Virus record (IMG/VR): IMGVR_UViG_3300035494_000073
Coordinates: 1-38,334 of that record
DNA length: 38,334 nt
Origin: a virus
Lineage: Duplodnaviria > Caudoviricetes
Direction: 5' to 3' (one strand)
Both the position numbers and the translations under genes were made by a program. Below the pieces are notes generated by a model. That model ran no database searches and had not been told where the DNA came from. It was given only the letters and a program-made list of their open reading frames with translations. Each line of letters opens with the position of its first letter. Position 1 is the stretch's first letter. Shown piece by piece: positions 9,263 to 17,703 of the stretch.

Positions 9263-9690
9263 TTGCGCCTCACGGAATAGGTTACGGAATTGAGCATTAC
9301 GCCGGTATCAACGAGCGTTTTTGCGCTTCCCTTTTTGGCTATCGTGCTGGGTGCATTAGGGGGCGGAACGCCTTGGCGTATTTTTGCCTGCACCCGATTC
9401 TGATGCTTCAGCCCGATAATGTTCAGTTCACGGTCTACCGTGCTTGCGCCTGACGTAATGCGGCGCATTCCGGCGCGTGCATCGTTTGTGATCTTGGCGA
9501 CATTTTCATCAAACGACATTGCCATAAATGGACGGCTTGGTATTTCCCGCGTTCCGTACTCGTTATACGTCGCGTATTCGGCTACTTCGCCTTGAAAAAT
9601 GCCAACGTCCACCACCATATCATCAGCGCGTTTAATCTCGCGCATGATCGCTTCGTAACCCTTGTCGATGTCTTTGACGTAGTTAGCCAT
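9259..9690 (-). CDS. Tail completion / virion morphogenesis protein (HK97 gp10-like)
   Basis: YATYNEYGT..IPSRPFM and PPNAPSTIAKKGSAKTLVDTG motifs. Confidence 0.85.
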   Translation of the reverse strand: MANYVKDIDKGYEAIMREIKRADDMVVDVGIFQGEVAEYATYNEYGTREIPSRPFMAMSFDENVAKITNDARAGMRRITSGASTVDRELNIIGLKHQNRVQAKIRQGVPPPNAPSTIAKKGSAKTLVDTGVMLNSVTYSVRRK

Positions 9691-10042
9691 TTTGCATCCG
9701 CGTCAGAATAGACGCGCCAGCGCAGGCCGAACTAAGGTTCAGGTAGGCAAGACCGTAGGGCGTTTGGCCTAGCCACGTATCGTCACCTGAAATAGCGCCG
9801 AACGAACGCGACAAATCGCCCTCACGCTCAGATTTTACCGGCCCCGCAGCGCCAGACGACGCAGACTCTGTGACGCTAAGAAGGTGGGCGGCGTAGTACG
9901 CAATCGCCATGTTCTGGCGCTCGGTATCCAGACAGCCCACGTTGACCATACTTTCCGCCACAGTCAGCCATTGACCTACCGTCACATCGTCAACGGATGC
10001 GAAGGCGGGGGCAAATAGGCGGAAGTATTGTAGGGCAGTCAT
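9683..10042 (-). CDS. Head-tail adaptor (DUF4054-like)
   Basis: FR..APAF, YYAAHLL, SEREGDLSRSF and TPYG motifs. Confidence 0.85.
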   Translation of the reverse strand: MTALQYFRLFAPAFASVDDVTVGQWLTVAESMVNVGCLDTERQNMAIAYYAAHLLSVTESASSGAAGPVKSEREGDLSRSFGAISGDDTWLGQTPYGLAYLNLSSACAGASILTRMQNG

Positions 10043-10278
10043 TCTTGGTCGTCGGTGTCGGCTGTATCGGCCTGCTCGGTTTCCTGCTTAGCCTTACGAC
10101 CACGCTTAGGCGCTTCAGGCTCGACCACTTCGGCAGCTCGCAAAACTTCCATTTCCGGGTTTGCTTTTACGTCATCGAACCATTCGTCAGGCATTTCAAC
10201 GTAGTCAGCGGTAGGAACGAGCATCACGCCACGGACGAACCAAGGGCGGGCTACGTGGGGTTTGAGTTTGACTTTCAT
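10039..10278 (-). CDS. Small hypothetical protein downstream of the capsid gene
   Basis: 79 aa; SD AGGGAG upstream; low-complexity basic/acidic tail. Confidence 0.7.
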   Translation of the reverse strand: MKVKLKPHVARPWFVRGVMLVPTADYVEMPDEWFDDVKANPEMEVLRAAEVVEPEAPKRGRKAKQETEQADTADTDDQE

Positions 10279-10301
10279 ATTCTTAACTCCCTGTTAGGAA
10301 T

Positions 10302-10322
10302 GCCCCGGCACTTGGCCGGGGC
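10302..10322 (-). terminator. Hairpin after the major capsid gene
   Basis: 8-bp stem GCCCCGGC/GCCGGGGC with a 5-nt loop; weak U-tract. Confidence 0.5.
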
Positions 10323-10333
10323 TGTTGTTTACA

Positions 10334-11311
10334 TCAGACCGAATCGGCGATTGCGGCAGCGAATGGGTACGTGAACACTACACCGCCCATTTCAGACTCG
10401 CACGGCACAACCCATTCCAGGTTACGCTCCTGGGGGCTGTACTGTCGAAACATCATTGGTAGAACCATCTGATAGTTCTCAATGCTGTTGTCGATTGCTA
10501 CCATGGTATCGAGCTGGCCTGCCTTTGCACCTTGCAATTCCAACACAGGCACGACGCGCTGAACAAACGGGTTTGAGCGAAGGAAAAACTCAAGAATCGT
10601 GGTGTCCGAGTCGGTGCTGCGTGGCGTGCTGGAAATCAGCGCGTATTGTGCAGGCGGAACCCACAGTTCAGTAGCGCGGTGTACGGTCTTGGATTGGGTG
10701 TAAACCTGATTCACAATCCCGTTCATATCGCGCAGAATCTGATCTGCTGTCTTGTTGATCCACAACTTTGACGAACCACCACCACCAGCGCCATCGGCGG
10801 TAACCGTATAGCCAGGAACGTTCGGGTTTGTCAGAAAGCCGGGGATGCCAGAATCAGCATCACCGAACCAGGCCAGTTTGTTAACCAGTTCTTCGTGGGC
10901 GCGGCGTGCGGCCATCATCTTACGGGTTTCCAGCGGCACACCGGCCATGCGGGCGTGGCGGATTTCACGGGTAGAGTAGCCGTAAGACACGCCAATGGCA
11001 CGAATGGGGCTGGTGTATTCGCGGCCCGTAACGTCAGCGCGCGGCAGGTCGTCAGCACCGGCGGCGATCAGTTTGGCAGCGCCAACGCTGTCGTACTGCC
11101 GGTACGTCATGGTCAGCGCGCCTTCTGGCACATCGTTTGCCACGGGGAACATCGTCATGGCCGACATCGAAGGGCGTTTAACGTCGTAGGCTTGAGACTT
11201 TACGTAGTCAAGCTGTCGGGCAAACCAAATAGATTCACCAGCGTCTGCACGGAAAGCGCCCGAGGACTCGATAGCGCGCAGATCGTTTGCGTCATAGTTC
11301 ATGTGTTCCAT
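10334..11311 (-). CDS. Major capsid protein (DUF2184-like, HK97 fold)
   Basis: 325 aa; FARQLDYVK, DDLPRADV, AWFGD..GIPGFLTNPNV and GGV.F.YP.A motifs. Confidence 0.92.
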   Translation of the reverse strand: MEHMNYDANDLRAIESSGAFRADAGESIWFARQLDYVKSQAYDVKRPSMSAMTMFPVANDVPEGALTMTYRQYDSVGAAKLIAAGADDLPRADVTGREYTSPIRAIGVSYGYSTREIRHARMAGVPLETRKMMAARRAHEELVNKLAWFGDADSGIPGFLTNPNVPGYTVTADGAGGGGSSKLWINKTADQILRDMNGIVNQVYTQSKTVHRATELWVPPAQYALISSTPRSTDSDTTILEFFLRSNPFVQRVVPVLELQGAKAGQLDTMVAIDNSIENYQMVLPMMFRQYSPQERNLEWVVPCESEMGGVVFTYPFAAAIADSV

Positions 11312-11778
11312 TATTTGATCTCCACGATAGCGAGGCCAGCGCCAGAAGTGCCGGTAATAAACTTGGCCGAAACCTGGGTGAGTGCTTCAATACCAGCAGC
11401 CACAGTATCGTCGGTAAACTTGCCGTTACTAAGTTTCAGGTTAGCAACCGCGCCAGCCACAACAGCGTCATCGGTTTCAACCCAAATACGGCCAGACTTC
11501 AGTACGGGTGTGGCTTCGGTGTCGTCGTATTGCGCAACACCAGCAGACGTTTGCTCAACGTCATGGCTGGCAACAGAAATGCCGATAACTAGTGCGCCTT
11601 GCCCGACGCCAGTACCGACAGCGGCGACTTGGCGTTCCTTGTCAGTGCCAAGCACCACGGGCTTGCCAAACGGGATAGCGCCTTCCGCAAGATAGGACAT
11701 CTTGTCCGAAAACATCGAATCAGCCAGAAGGCCAGCAAAGCCCGCAGCCTGATATTGAGAGTAGCTAGTCTGAGACAT
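11311..11778 (-). CDS. Head decoration/cement protein
   Basis: 155 aa, IPFG and V.K.GRIWV motifs; between scaffold and capsid genes. Confidence 0.8.
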   Translation of the reverse strand: MSQTSYSQYQAAGFAGLLADSMFSDKMSYLAEGAIPFGKPVVLGTDKERQVAAVGTGVGQGALVIGISVASHDVEQTSAGVAQYDDTEATPVLKSGRIWVETDDAVVAGAVANLKLSNGKFTDDTVAAGIEALTQVSAKFITGTSGAGLAIVEIK

Positions 11779-12890
11779 TATGCGGCCTCCTGAGTTTTGA
11801 AACCATTAGCGCGGAATTGCGCGTATTTTTCAGCAGCCGACATCGTGGGCTTGCCCCCATCGTTGCGCGTGCCGGTCGCCTTGCGCTGCTCTTCCATAGC
11901 CTTATCGCCACGAAGCGCAGCGGTCGTATCGTAAGCGGCGTTGATGTATTCGTCCGACTTGCCGGTCAGATCGGCGTCAGTACGAACAGCCTTGATGACG
12001 GCCTCTTTAATCTGGCGCGTGGTCAGATCGGCGCAGTCCACCTTGAAGGTCGCGGCGACTTTCTCAACATCGGCACGCTCTTTGATTTCAGCGCGGGCAG
12101 CTTCAAGCGCATCGGCGCGGACTTTTTCAAGTTCGGCAGCGTGCTTTTCGACTTGGGCCTTGAGCGTGTCGCGTTCACCAGCCAGCGTATCCAGGCGGGT
12201 TTTAGCGTCGGCCAGTTCTTTGGTTACGGTTTCGTGATCGTTGCGCAATTTTTCGACTGCGACAATCACTTCGGGCGCGGCCTGATACTCCAAGCCGCTG
12301 TCAAGCCGGATTCGGCCCAGATTATCAGTGGACATAGTCACCTCTGTATGGTCGTATTGATAGGCGTCGGCCCTATCAAGATTAAGTCGGGCCATGCTGC
12401 CCGCCCGTGCCCTGCCGACGAGGGCTAAATGGTTGATTCGGATATTTCGTTGAATGGCGTCGTAGTCGCCGTATTCGGGGTGTGTGCCGGGTGTTTCGTC
12501 CAGGTCTACTTTGTAGCCTAGCGATAGTTCACGCTTGCCGCCTTTGGTTGCTTTGTCAATCGCGGTTTCGTCGTGGATCACCAGCGGAACGCGGATAGCG
12601 TCACCGTCCTGAATTGCAGCCCCGGTCATGGTGCCGATAGCGTATTTCTTGAAATTCTTAGGATTGACAGGTTCAGGCGGATGGTCATCGGTAATCGGCT
12701 TGCCCTCAGCAGACGCCAGCGCATCGGCCTTAAATACTTCTTCAGGCAAGCGTAACTCGCGGCGCATCGTGCCGTCTTTGTTACGGTACACCTGCACACC
12801 CACGCGGCCAACCACCGGCGAGTCGATGATAAACCCTTCGTCGGTGCGGGTGGCCTTTAGCTGCGCGAAGTCATAGCGGTACGCTTCCAT
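11778..12890 (-). CDS. Capsid maturation protease/scaffold (DUF2213-like)
   Basis: GKPITDDHP, RELSLGY and INHLALVGRARAG motifs plus C-terminal coiled coil; real start probably 12890 or 12896 rather than 12986. Confidence 0.9.
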   Translation of the reverse strand: MEAYRYDFAQLKATRTDEGFIIDSPVVGRVGVQVYRNKDGTMRRELRLPEEVFKADALASAEGKPITDDHPPEPVNPKNFKKYAIGTMTGAAIQDGDAIRVPLVIHDETAIDKATKGGKRELSLGYKVDLDETPGTHPEYGDYDAIQRNIRINHLALVGRARAGSMARLNLDRADAYQYDHTEVTMSTDNLGRIRLDSGLEYQAAPEVIVAVEKLRNDHETVTKELADAKTRLDTLAGERDTLKAQVEKHAAELEKVRADALEAARAEIKERADVEKVAATFKVDCADLTTRQIKEAVIKAVRTDADLTGKSDEYINAAYDTTAALRGDKAMEEQRKATGTRNDGGKPTMSAAEKYAQFRANGFKTQEAA

Positions 12891-12896
12891 AGGCAT

Positions 12897-12927
12897 ATTA
12901 TATAGCCTAAACGGAATTGATTGTAAA
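12897..12927 (-). promoter_or_regulatory. Putative sigma70-like promoter for the protease-capsid genes
   Basis: TTTACA-19 bp-TATAAT on the minus strand, just downstream of a terminator. Confidence 0.5.
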
Positions 12928-12946
12928 TAACTATTTTGTTGGTGTG

Positions 12947-12968
12947 AAAAAACCCGCCGGGGCGGGTT
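12947..12968 (-). terminator. Rho-independent terminator after the head morphogenesis gene
   Basis: Minus strand AACCCGCC-CC-GGCGGG-TTTTTT. Confidence 0.7.
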
Positions 12969-12986
12969 GCCTGATAAATTAGCCAT

Positions 12987-13802
12987 TTAATCGCCATCCT
13001 CTGGAAATATCGGCTCACTGCCGCATCTACAGCGCACGGCCTGCCCCGGATGCCCACCATCAGGCGGCTTATCCCACGAAAATTTCTTGCCTTCCCGCTC
13101 CGCATGTTCCGGCCTTACGCGGCTATCCTGCACCGTGCGCCAGATGTATTCTTTCACGCCCACGGACTGCATCCGGTAGCGCGTCAACTCGGCATGGGCA
13201 TTCAGCGTCTGGTCGGTTGCAATCAGTTTGGCGCGTCGGTCGGTTATGCCGAATCGTTCTGACAATTTACCGGCAAGCGTCTTTACCGAATCCCCGGCCA
13301 TGATGCCGCGCCTCAGTTCGTCGCCTAGCTGGCTATGGTACTGCTCGTGTATGGACTTAACCAGTTTGGTGTTTTCGTCGATCCATCCTTCATACAGCGG
13401 TCTTAAAAACGGCTCACCCCTGAAAATATCCACGCCAAGCCCGCGAAACGGCACGGCGTCAGGTAGCGTCACGCCAGTATTGGCGCGCACAACCATGCGA
13501 AACTGCCGGTCATTGTGCCGGTTGATTAGCTGATACATGCCTGGCAATCGTGCCACCACAGCATCGGTTTTGCCAGCGGCCAGACGCGCCAATTCAAGCA
13601 ACGCAGCGGTAAGCGCATCGCCCCAAGCGTCGGCGCGGATTGCCGTGTCGAACTCGGCCTTGCTTGCCCGTATGGCTTCAGGCATAACCTGGTTAATGTC
13701 ACGGCGCAATTCACGCACAAACCCGGTTAGCAGGCGCGTGTATTCGCGTTCGGCTTGGTCGGGCGGGTTAAGTAGTTTCTTCTTCGACATCGCCCGGCTC
13801 AT
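12987..13802 (-). CDS. Minor head / head morphogenesis protein (SPP1 gp7 / Mu F-like)
   Basis: RAKLIATDQ, YIWRT..DSRVRPEH..REGK.F.W and PG....CRC motifs; start may be 13790. Confidence 0.9.
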   Translation of the reverse strand: MSRAMSKKKLLNPPDQAEREYTRLLTGFVRELRRDINQVMPEAIRASKAEFDTAIRADAWGDALTAALLELARLAAGKTDAVVARLPGMYQLINRHNDRQFRMVVRANTGVTLPDAVPFRGLGVDIFRGEPFLRPLYEGWIDENTKLVKSIHEQYHSQLGDELRRGIMAGDSVKTLAGKLSERFGITDRRAKLIATDQTLNAHAELTRYRMQSVGVKEYIWRTVQDSRVRPEHAEREGKKFSWDKPPDGGHPGQAVRCRCGSEPIFPEDGD

Positions 13803-15111
13803 CCCTATTTACGCTCATATCATCCACCGGATACCCGCCCTCACTAGCCAGTTTCTTGCGCAACTCGGTAGGATCAAGCGCCCCGGTATCCACGTAAATT
13901 TGCCGCGTCTGGGCTTTCTTGTATTCGACCTCTGCCGTTTCCTTTTCGCTTGGCACGTACAGCGGGCAAAACTTAATCAGGTAGTCGTCGGTATAGACGC
14001 CAAGCGCACGCATGGTTAGCGATACCAGCTTATCCAACTGATGCAAAAGCTCGTTTTCTTGGCGCTGGCTGATGCTGGCGTACCAGTTTTCTAAACCCAC
14101 CTTGTCGCCCGCGTTCAAGCCTGCGGCCTGTTCACCATACAGCAGCGCCTTGGGCATACCAGACACGGCAGACAGCGCCGTTTCAAATTTACCTACAATA
14201 TCGGTCACGCCTACAAAGCTGGTGGATTTCAACTCGTAGGTTTCGCCAGCCTGGTCGCCTATGCCTGAATCAATTACAACCGTGTTGTTGATCGCACGGG
14301 CGCTATCGACCAGATCAATGCGCTTGATTACGTTTTGCTCACCGTCCTTAGATCGCAACAACTGCGACAGACCGGGAATACCATGCACCGCTTGCTGTGC
14401 GCGCTCCAGCAGCGCATTAGCCCACCCGTAACCCATGCCAAGGCGAACTAGCTCTGTGTAGCAGTGCTGCAAGCGTGAATTGCCCCACCCATCGTTACGC
14501 GCGCGGGTTCGTGCCGGTACGGTTGCGCCGTCGAACAGCAACACCCGGCTTTCGTGCACCGTGTAGGGCATACCACCATCAGCGTGGCTTATCATCCAGC
14601 GCATCGTTTCGCCGTAGCGCTTATCCGCTGGGTCGGTATACTTTTCCAAGCGACTGCACTGGTGGCGGTCGTAGACGCGGATGCCCTCAATTTCGCGCAC
14701 GGTTTCAGGATTCAGCGGATCGTCAAGCGTGCCGCCATCGTTGACCATCAGCACCGCAAGCGCACCGCCGTATAGATCGGCCCAGCGGATCGCGTCAGCC
14801 AAAGCTGGCAGCGCGTTCAGGTTTTCAAGATAGGCCAGCACTTCGTCAGGGTCGTTTATGCCATCGATCTTAAAACCGGCCCTGATCATTTCATCGGCTG
14901 GCGTGTCGATAATTCGCCGTGCGAAACCGTCACCCTCGTACAGATTTTCTAGCTCCATATGCGACAAGTAGCGCGGAATGGAAACCGTCGAAAAACTGCT
15001 ACGGTCGCGCCGATTTCCTACGCCCATAAAGACGTTGGCATAACTGCCGTCGTCGCGGGTTTCGGTTTTCTTGGGTCGGCCAGGGGGGCGGCCTGTGGGT
15101 TTGTAGGGCAT
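13768..15111 (-). CDS. Portal protein (DUF1073-like)
   Basis: 447 aa; LY..DGFARRIIDTPADEMIR, VHESR and GMP...LYG...AGLNA motifs; upstream of the Mu-F gene. Confidence 0.9.
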   Translation of the reverse strand: MPYKPTGRPPGRPKKTETRDDGSYANVFMGVGNRRDRSSFSTVSIPRYLSHMELENLYEGDGFARRIIDTPADEMIRAGFKIDGINDPDEVLAYLENLNALPALADAIRWADLYGGALAVLMVNDGGTLDDPLNPETVREIEGIRVYDRHQCSRLEKYTDPADKRYGETMRWMISHADGGMPYTVHESRVLLFDGATVPARTRARNDGWGNSRLQHCYTELVRLGMGYGWANALLERAQQAVHGIPGLSQLLRSKDGEQNVIKRIDLVDSARAINNTVVIDSGIGDQAGETYELKSTSFVGVTDIVGKFETALSAVSGMPKALLYGEQAAGLNAGDKVGLENWYASISQRQENELLHQLDKLVSLTMRALGVYTDDYLIKFCPLYVPSEKETAEVEYKKAQTRQIYVDTGALDPTELRKKLASEGGYPVDDMSVNRDEPGDVEEETT

Positions 15112-15126
15112 AATTGAGGCTCCGTA

Positions 15127-15158
15127 GGGGTTTTCTGTATTTTATCTTAGAAAACCCC
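15127..15158. promoter_or_regulatory. 10-bp inverted repeat just upstream of the portal gene (terminator or operator)
   Basis: GGGGTTTTCT-12 nt-AGAAAACCCC; the loop holds TAAAAT on the minus strand. Confidence 0.45.
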
Positions 15159-15166
15159 GGACTGGG

Positions 15167-15391
15167 TTAGTTTAGCTTGCTTGGATCAGATAGAGAAAAC
15201 GGGTTCGGCTCGTCCAGCAACTCGGCCATCTCGACCAGCGCCGCGCCCGTTAGATCGTCGCCAATCTGCAAGCGCATGAAGTGCATACACGTTATCATGA
15301 TCGCAAGCGCCGCATCTACCTGGTCTTGCTGGCTTGCATAGGGTCGTAGCGCATGGTTAACCTGCTCGATTATGGCGGTTTCGTTTATCAT
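15167..15391 (-). CDS. Hypothetical protein
   Basis: MINETAII... 74 aa; ATGA coupling and SD GGAGG. Confidence 0.65.
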   Translation of the reverse strand: MINETAIIEQVNHALRPYASQQDQVDAALAIMITCMHFMRLQIGDDLTGAALVEMAELLDEPNPFSLSDPSKLN

Positions 15392-15546
15392 TTCTTCCCC
15401 TCCCAAGCCCGGGCCACTTCCCGCGCCCCTAGGCTCATGTTGCCGTTACCGGCCCGCTTGAATGTCTCGCGGGTGGCGCGGTCTAGCATGATGTTGTAGC
15501 GCTTCATTGGTGCGGGTTTTTGTGGGTTTTTTTGTGGTTTGCTCAT
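15388..15546 (-). CDS. Small RHH-like DNA-binding protein (not in the ORF track)
   Basis: MSKPQKNPQKPAPMKRYNIMLDRATRETFKRAGNGNMSLGAREVARAWEGKK*, 52 aa; ATGA overlaps at both ends. Confidence 0.65.
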   Translation of the reverse strand: MSKPQKNPQKPAPMKRYNIMLDRATRETFKRAGNGNMSLGAREVARAWEGKK

Positions 15547-15953
15547 ACTTCCCCCATAGTCATCCGATTAAACACCTCACGAAACGCAAGCGGGTCACGC
15601 ACGTTCTTGATCTTCGCTTGCGGATTTCCGGCGCCTGCCACAATGACGGTGCCGAAATTAAACAAGCGCCCTAGGATGCCTTGCTGCACCTGCACCGATT
15701 CCACCCGCTTAACCGGCAACTCCACCGTGTCGCGCATGATGAACCCGTACTTTGCCACGATTCGCTTATCGGTAATGGCAAGTTCCGTGCTTGCGTAGAT
15801 AATCCACACGGCTACAAAGAACACCAGCCCGAACCCGGCCAGCGGCAACGTGACAACGCCGAAGAAAATCAGGTGCCACAGCGACCACAGGCTAACGCGG
15901 CTCTGGTGGCGGATGGTTTCGTTTGGTAGTAGGTTTTTGGATAGGTAGGACAT
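15543..15953 (-). CDS. Membrane protein with bacterial PH domain (bPH_2/DUF304-like)
   Basis: Two TM helices, then TELAITDKRIV.KYG and VQQGILGRLFNFGTVIV motifs. Confidence 0.8.
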   Translation of the reverse strand: MSYLSKNLLPNETIRHQSRVSLWSLWHLIFFGVVTLPLAGFGLVFFVAVWIIYASTELAITDKRIVAKYGFIMRDTVELPVKRVESVQVQQGILGRLFNFGTVIVAGAGNPQAKIKNVRDPLAFREVFNRMTMGEV

Positions 15954-15955
15954 AG

Positions 15956-16333
15956 TTATTTTCCTCTTACTTTATCTTCAGCCCATCCGAACCGAAGCTG
16001 TTTGTTGTCTGCAATGCGCACTGTGTCATTCATGCACATTCCCTTCCACGAAAATGTATTGTTGTTACCAGATGCTATGTACAAAAGCGACATAAGATTT
16101 TTTGCCCTGGCTTTGTTTTTGCTATTGCTATTGCGCACTCTGATGCTACGGTTTCCGGTAGAACTTGTTGTGTGCGGATAGAAAATCAAATTGACATCCT
16201 TTGATGTGAAGCGAAACGCCTCATAATCGTTTTGGCTCCACTTGATATTTTCAGATTTAAGAACAAGTTTTGCCATCTCAAATTCATGCTTATAGAATTT
16301 TTGGTATTGCCCAGCATTTGGGTCTTTGCTCAT
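15956..16333 (-). CDS. Hypothetical protein (AT-rich, basic)
   Basis: MSKDPNAGQ... 125 aa, SD GGAG. Confidence 0.65.
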   Translation of the reverse strand: MSKDPNAGQYQKFYKHEFEMAKLVLKSENIKWSQNDYEAFRFTSKDVNLIFYPHTTSSTGNRSIRVRNSNSKNKARAKNLMSLLYIASGNNNTFSWKGMCMNDTVRIADNKQLRFGWAEDKVRGK

Positions 16334-16356
16334 GGTTACTTCTCCATGTAATCCAG

Positions 16357-16542
16357 TCAAAACCAGCCCAAAACAGCGCCCAATGGCGCGAAAAATACAC
16401 CGACAACGCGCATCACTTCAACGCCGCCCCATTCGACTAATGCTGGCGAATCGTACAGCTTGACCACGTTTTTAATCCATCCTAGCGCGGCCACGATGAT
16501 AAGCGCCCAGCCTAAAACTAGGCCCATGGTTTCGGATTTCAT
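16357..16542 (-). CDS. Small two-TM membrane protein
   Basis: GWIKNVVKL and RVVGVFFAPLGAVLGWF motifs. Confidence 0.75.
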   Translation of the reverse strand: MKSETMGLVLGWALIIVAALGWIKNVVKLYDSPALVEWGGVEVMRVVGVFFAPLGAVLGWF

Positions 16543-16934
16543 ACCTCACCCCCGCTTGCCATGATCAAAGCCCGTGCGTGTTGCTCGGCGGATTCTTTGG
16601 TTAGGTGGATTAGGCCGCGTTTTAGCCAATTGACACAAAAAATATTATTTTCATCCCAAACACCACCATTAAAACCACCACCATTCAACGGATTGACAAC
16701 CCAATACTCTTGCCCATGCTCCAACGCCTCCCGTACCGGCTCAGGCACCTCAACCCCGTTAATCGTGATCGTGGCGGGTTTGACGCGGTATCGGCTTGGC
16801 GGATAATTGCCAGCGCTTATATGACGAAGTATGGTCTCAACGTTTGAGTTATGCCATTCGCCGCTTAGGTCAACCCACTGCACCACCTTCCCATCCGCAA
16901 TAGCCCGCAAAATTTTCGCGTATTGGTGTTCCAT
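16539..16934 (-). CDS. Conserved phage hypothetical protein
   Basis: MEHQYAKILRAIADGKVVQ...YRVKPATITINGVEVPEP...GLIHLTKESAEQHARAL; SD AGGGAG. Confidence 0.75.
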   Translation of the reverse strand: MEHQYAKILRAIADGKVVQWVDLSGEWHNSNVETILRHISAGNYPPSRYRVKPATITINGVEVPEPVREALEHGQEYWVVNPLNGGGFNGGVWDENNIFCVNWLKRGLIHLTKESAEQHARALIMASGGEV

Positions 16935-16948
16935 TTCTATTCTCCCTG

Positions 16949-17128
16949 TCAAAACTGCGAAAAAACAACAACAACCAACACCGCCAGCAAAACGCCAGCA
17001 AGCACCCACCACCAAGCGCCATTGGCTCGGTCGTAGGATTTGTAATAGTCAGATTCCCAAGTGTAGTTTGGGCCGAATGCTTCAGTGATCGTGCGCGGGA
17101 AGCGGCGTTCTGTGTAGTGTGGTTTCAT
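16949..17128 (-). CDS. Small C-terminally anchored membrane protein (not in the ORF track)
   Basis: MKPHYTERRFPRTITEAFGPNYTW...AWWWVLAGVLLAVLVVVVFSQF*, 59 aa; ATGA overlap. Confidence 0.7.
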   Translation of the reverse strand: MKPHYTERRFPRTITEAFGPNYTWESDYYKSYDRANGAWWWVLAGVLLAVLVVVVFSQF

Positions 17129-17340
17129 GCCAGTACCTCACGAATATGGGCCTCGAGCTGATCGCGGCCAGCCGCACCACTGGCCGGAGCATTATGAGAC
17201 GTTGAGTAGCGGGTTTTCGGCATAACGATTTCAGAGCAATCATTACGGTAGACCATCGTTCTGTCTTGCAACTGGGCAACGTTCAAGCCTGTAATCTGGC
17301 CATTAAGCATAATTTGGTTTGTGGTAGTGATCTGGATCAT
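17125..17340 (-). CDS. Hypothetical protein
   Basis: MIQITTTNQIML... 71 aa, SD AAGGAG. Confidence 0.7.
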   Translation of the reverse strand: MIQITTTNQIMLNGQITGLNVAQLQDRTMVYRNDCSEIVMPKTRYSTSHNAPASGAAGRDQLEAHIREVLA

Positions 17341-17350
17341 TTTGCTCTCC

Positions 17351-17617
17351 TTAGTTTGACAGTGCCACGACAGCGGCGAAGTCTTTAACCCGGGCTTGAG
17401 CTTCTTGGAATATTGCGGCCTCTGCGGCGTCAATTAGGTCGCCACGGTTAGCGTAAGAGCCTTCATGGATTTTTGCGTTGATTGTGTACTCGAAACCGAA
17501 AGAATCGGCTTCACACGCCTGAATCCAAACTTTCTCGCTGCGCTGGCCTGCCAGGCCGGAAATATAAACGCGCACTTCGCCGGTTGTCGGGTGTGTCCAA
17601 GTTTTGAATGTTGCCAT
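17351..17617 (-). CDS. Hypothetical protein
   Basis: MATFKTWTHPTTGEVRVYISG... 88 aa; SD AGGGAG; first gene after a promoter. Confidence 0.75.
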   Translation of the reverse strand: MATFKTWTHPTTGEVRVYISGLAGQRSEKVWIQACEADSFGFEYTINAKIHEGSYANRGDLIDAAEAAIFQEAQARVKDFAAVVALSN

Positions 17618-17657
17618 GTCGTTCTCCCTGTGTGTCATGCGTTAGTGCATGATTAGT

Positions 17658-17685
17658 ATTATACACACTACACACCAGCAAACAA
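17658..17685 (-). promoter_or_regulatory. Sigma70-like promoter of the accessory cluster
   Basis: TTGTTT-16 bp-TATAAT (GTGTATAAT) in the gap after terL. Confidence 0.6.
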
Positions 17686-17703
17686 CAACTATTTTGTAAC
17701 AGG

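Noticed and set aside
727-14775. Long plus-strand ORFs opposite the structural genes (e.g. 727..1341, 1462..2079, 10895..11695, 11817..12428)
   Set aside because: Antisense shadows of well-supported minus-strand genes, with no recognisable motifs.
13768-15111. Anti-CBASS Acb1 label sometimes attached to DUF1073 proteins
   Set aside because: Size, motifs and position indicate a portal; no separate 2H-phosphoesterase domain with paired HxT/S motifs is evident.
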